This document shows positions 64,000 through 64,000 of a stretch of DNA of 64,000 bases, one piece after another. This DNA is from an uncultured Candidatus Actinomarina sp. GTDB taxonomy: Bacteria > Actinomycetota > Acidimicrobiia > Actinomarinales > Actinomarinaceae. The stretch lies in contig CACPJC010000003.1 of NCBI GenBank assembly GCA_902634185.1, forward strand, positions 1-64,000, written 5' to 3'. The stretch's first letter is position 1, and each line of letters starts with the position of its first letter. A program made the position numbers and the translations under genes. The notes under the pieces are model-generated. The model searched no databases. It saw only the letters and a list, made by a program, of their open reading frames with translations, and was not told the DNA's origin.

Positions 64000-64000
64000 G

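Overview
This is a gene-dense, AT-rich bacterial chromosome segment with many 1-20 nt gene overlaps and very short intergenic spaces. Several markers point to a streamlined low-GC actinobacterium: a CofC-like F420 enzyme, an MshB/Mca-like mycothiol deacetylase, a RegX3/SenX3-like pair, a MurA with Cys->Asp, gltX followed by tRNA-Glu/Gln/Glu, and GlnR-box-like and PHO-box-like repeats. A marine Acidimicrobiia / 'Ca. Actinomarina'-like organism is the most likely source (inference, not verified). Most of the window is housekeeping: pyk, gltX with 3 tRNAs, ilvE, gatCAB, dapDE, ligA, mnmA, iscS, murA, deoC-ALDH, gltB-amtB, metG, the F0F1 operon, glyA, tsaC, prmC and prfA. I see no integrase, transposase, prophage or CRISPR. 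The main points of interest are: (1) a 2-oxoacid:ferredoxin oxidoreductase alpha subunit carrying two copies of an unrecognised ~30-aa module on long Glu/Pro/Val repeat tethers, in an apparent operon with the NiSOD maturation peptidase and a 62-aa Cys/His-rich microprotein; (2) a phosphate/polyphosphate locus with an internally duplicated PstS showing a near-identical conversion-like tract, a sensor-less histidine kinase, and a Ppx that seems to start at ATT, flanked by IMPase, NIP-like aquaporin and NAMPT genes; (3) a split ALDH16-like pair next to deoC; (4) two unexplained structured intergenic elements.
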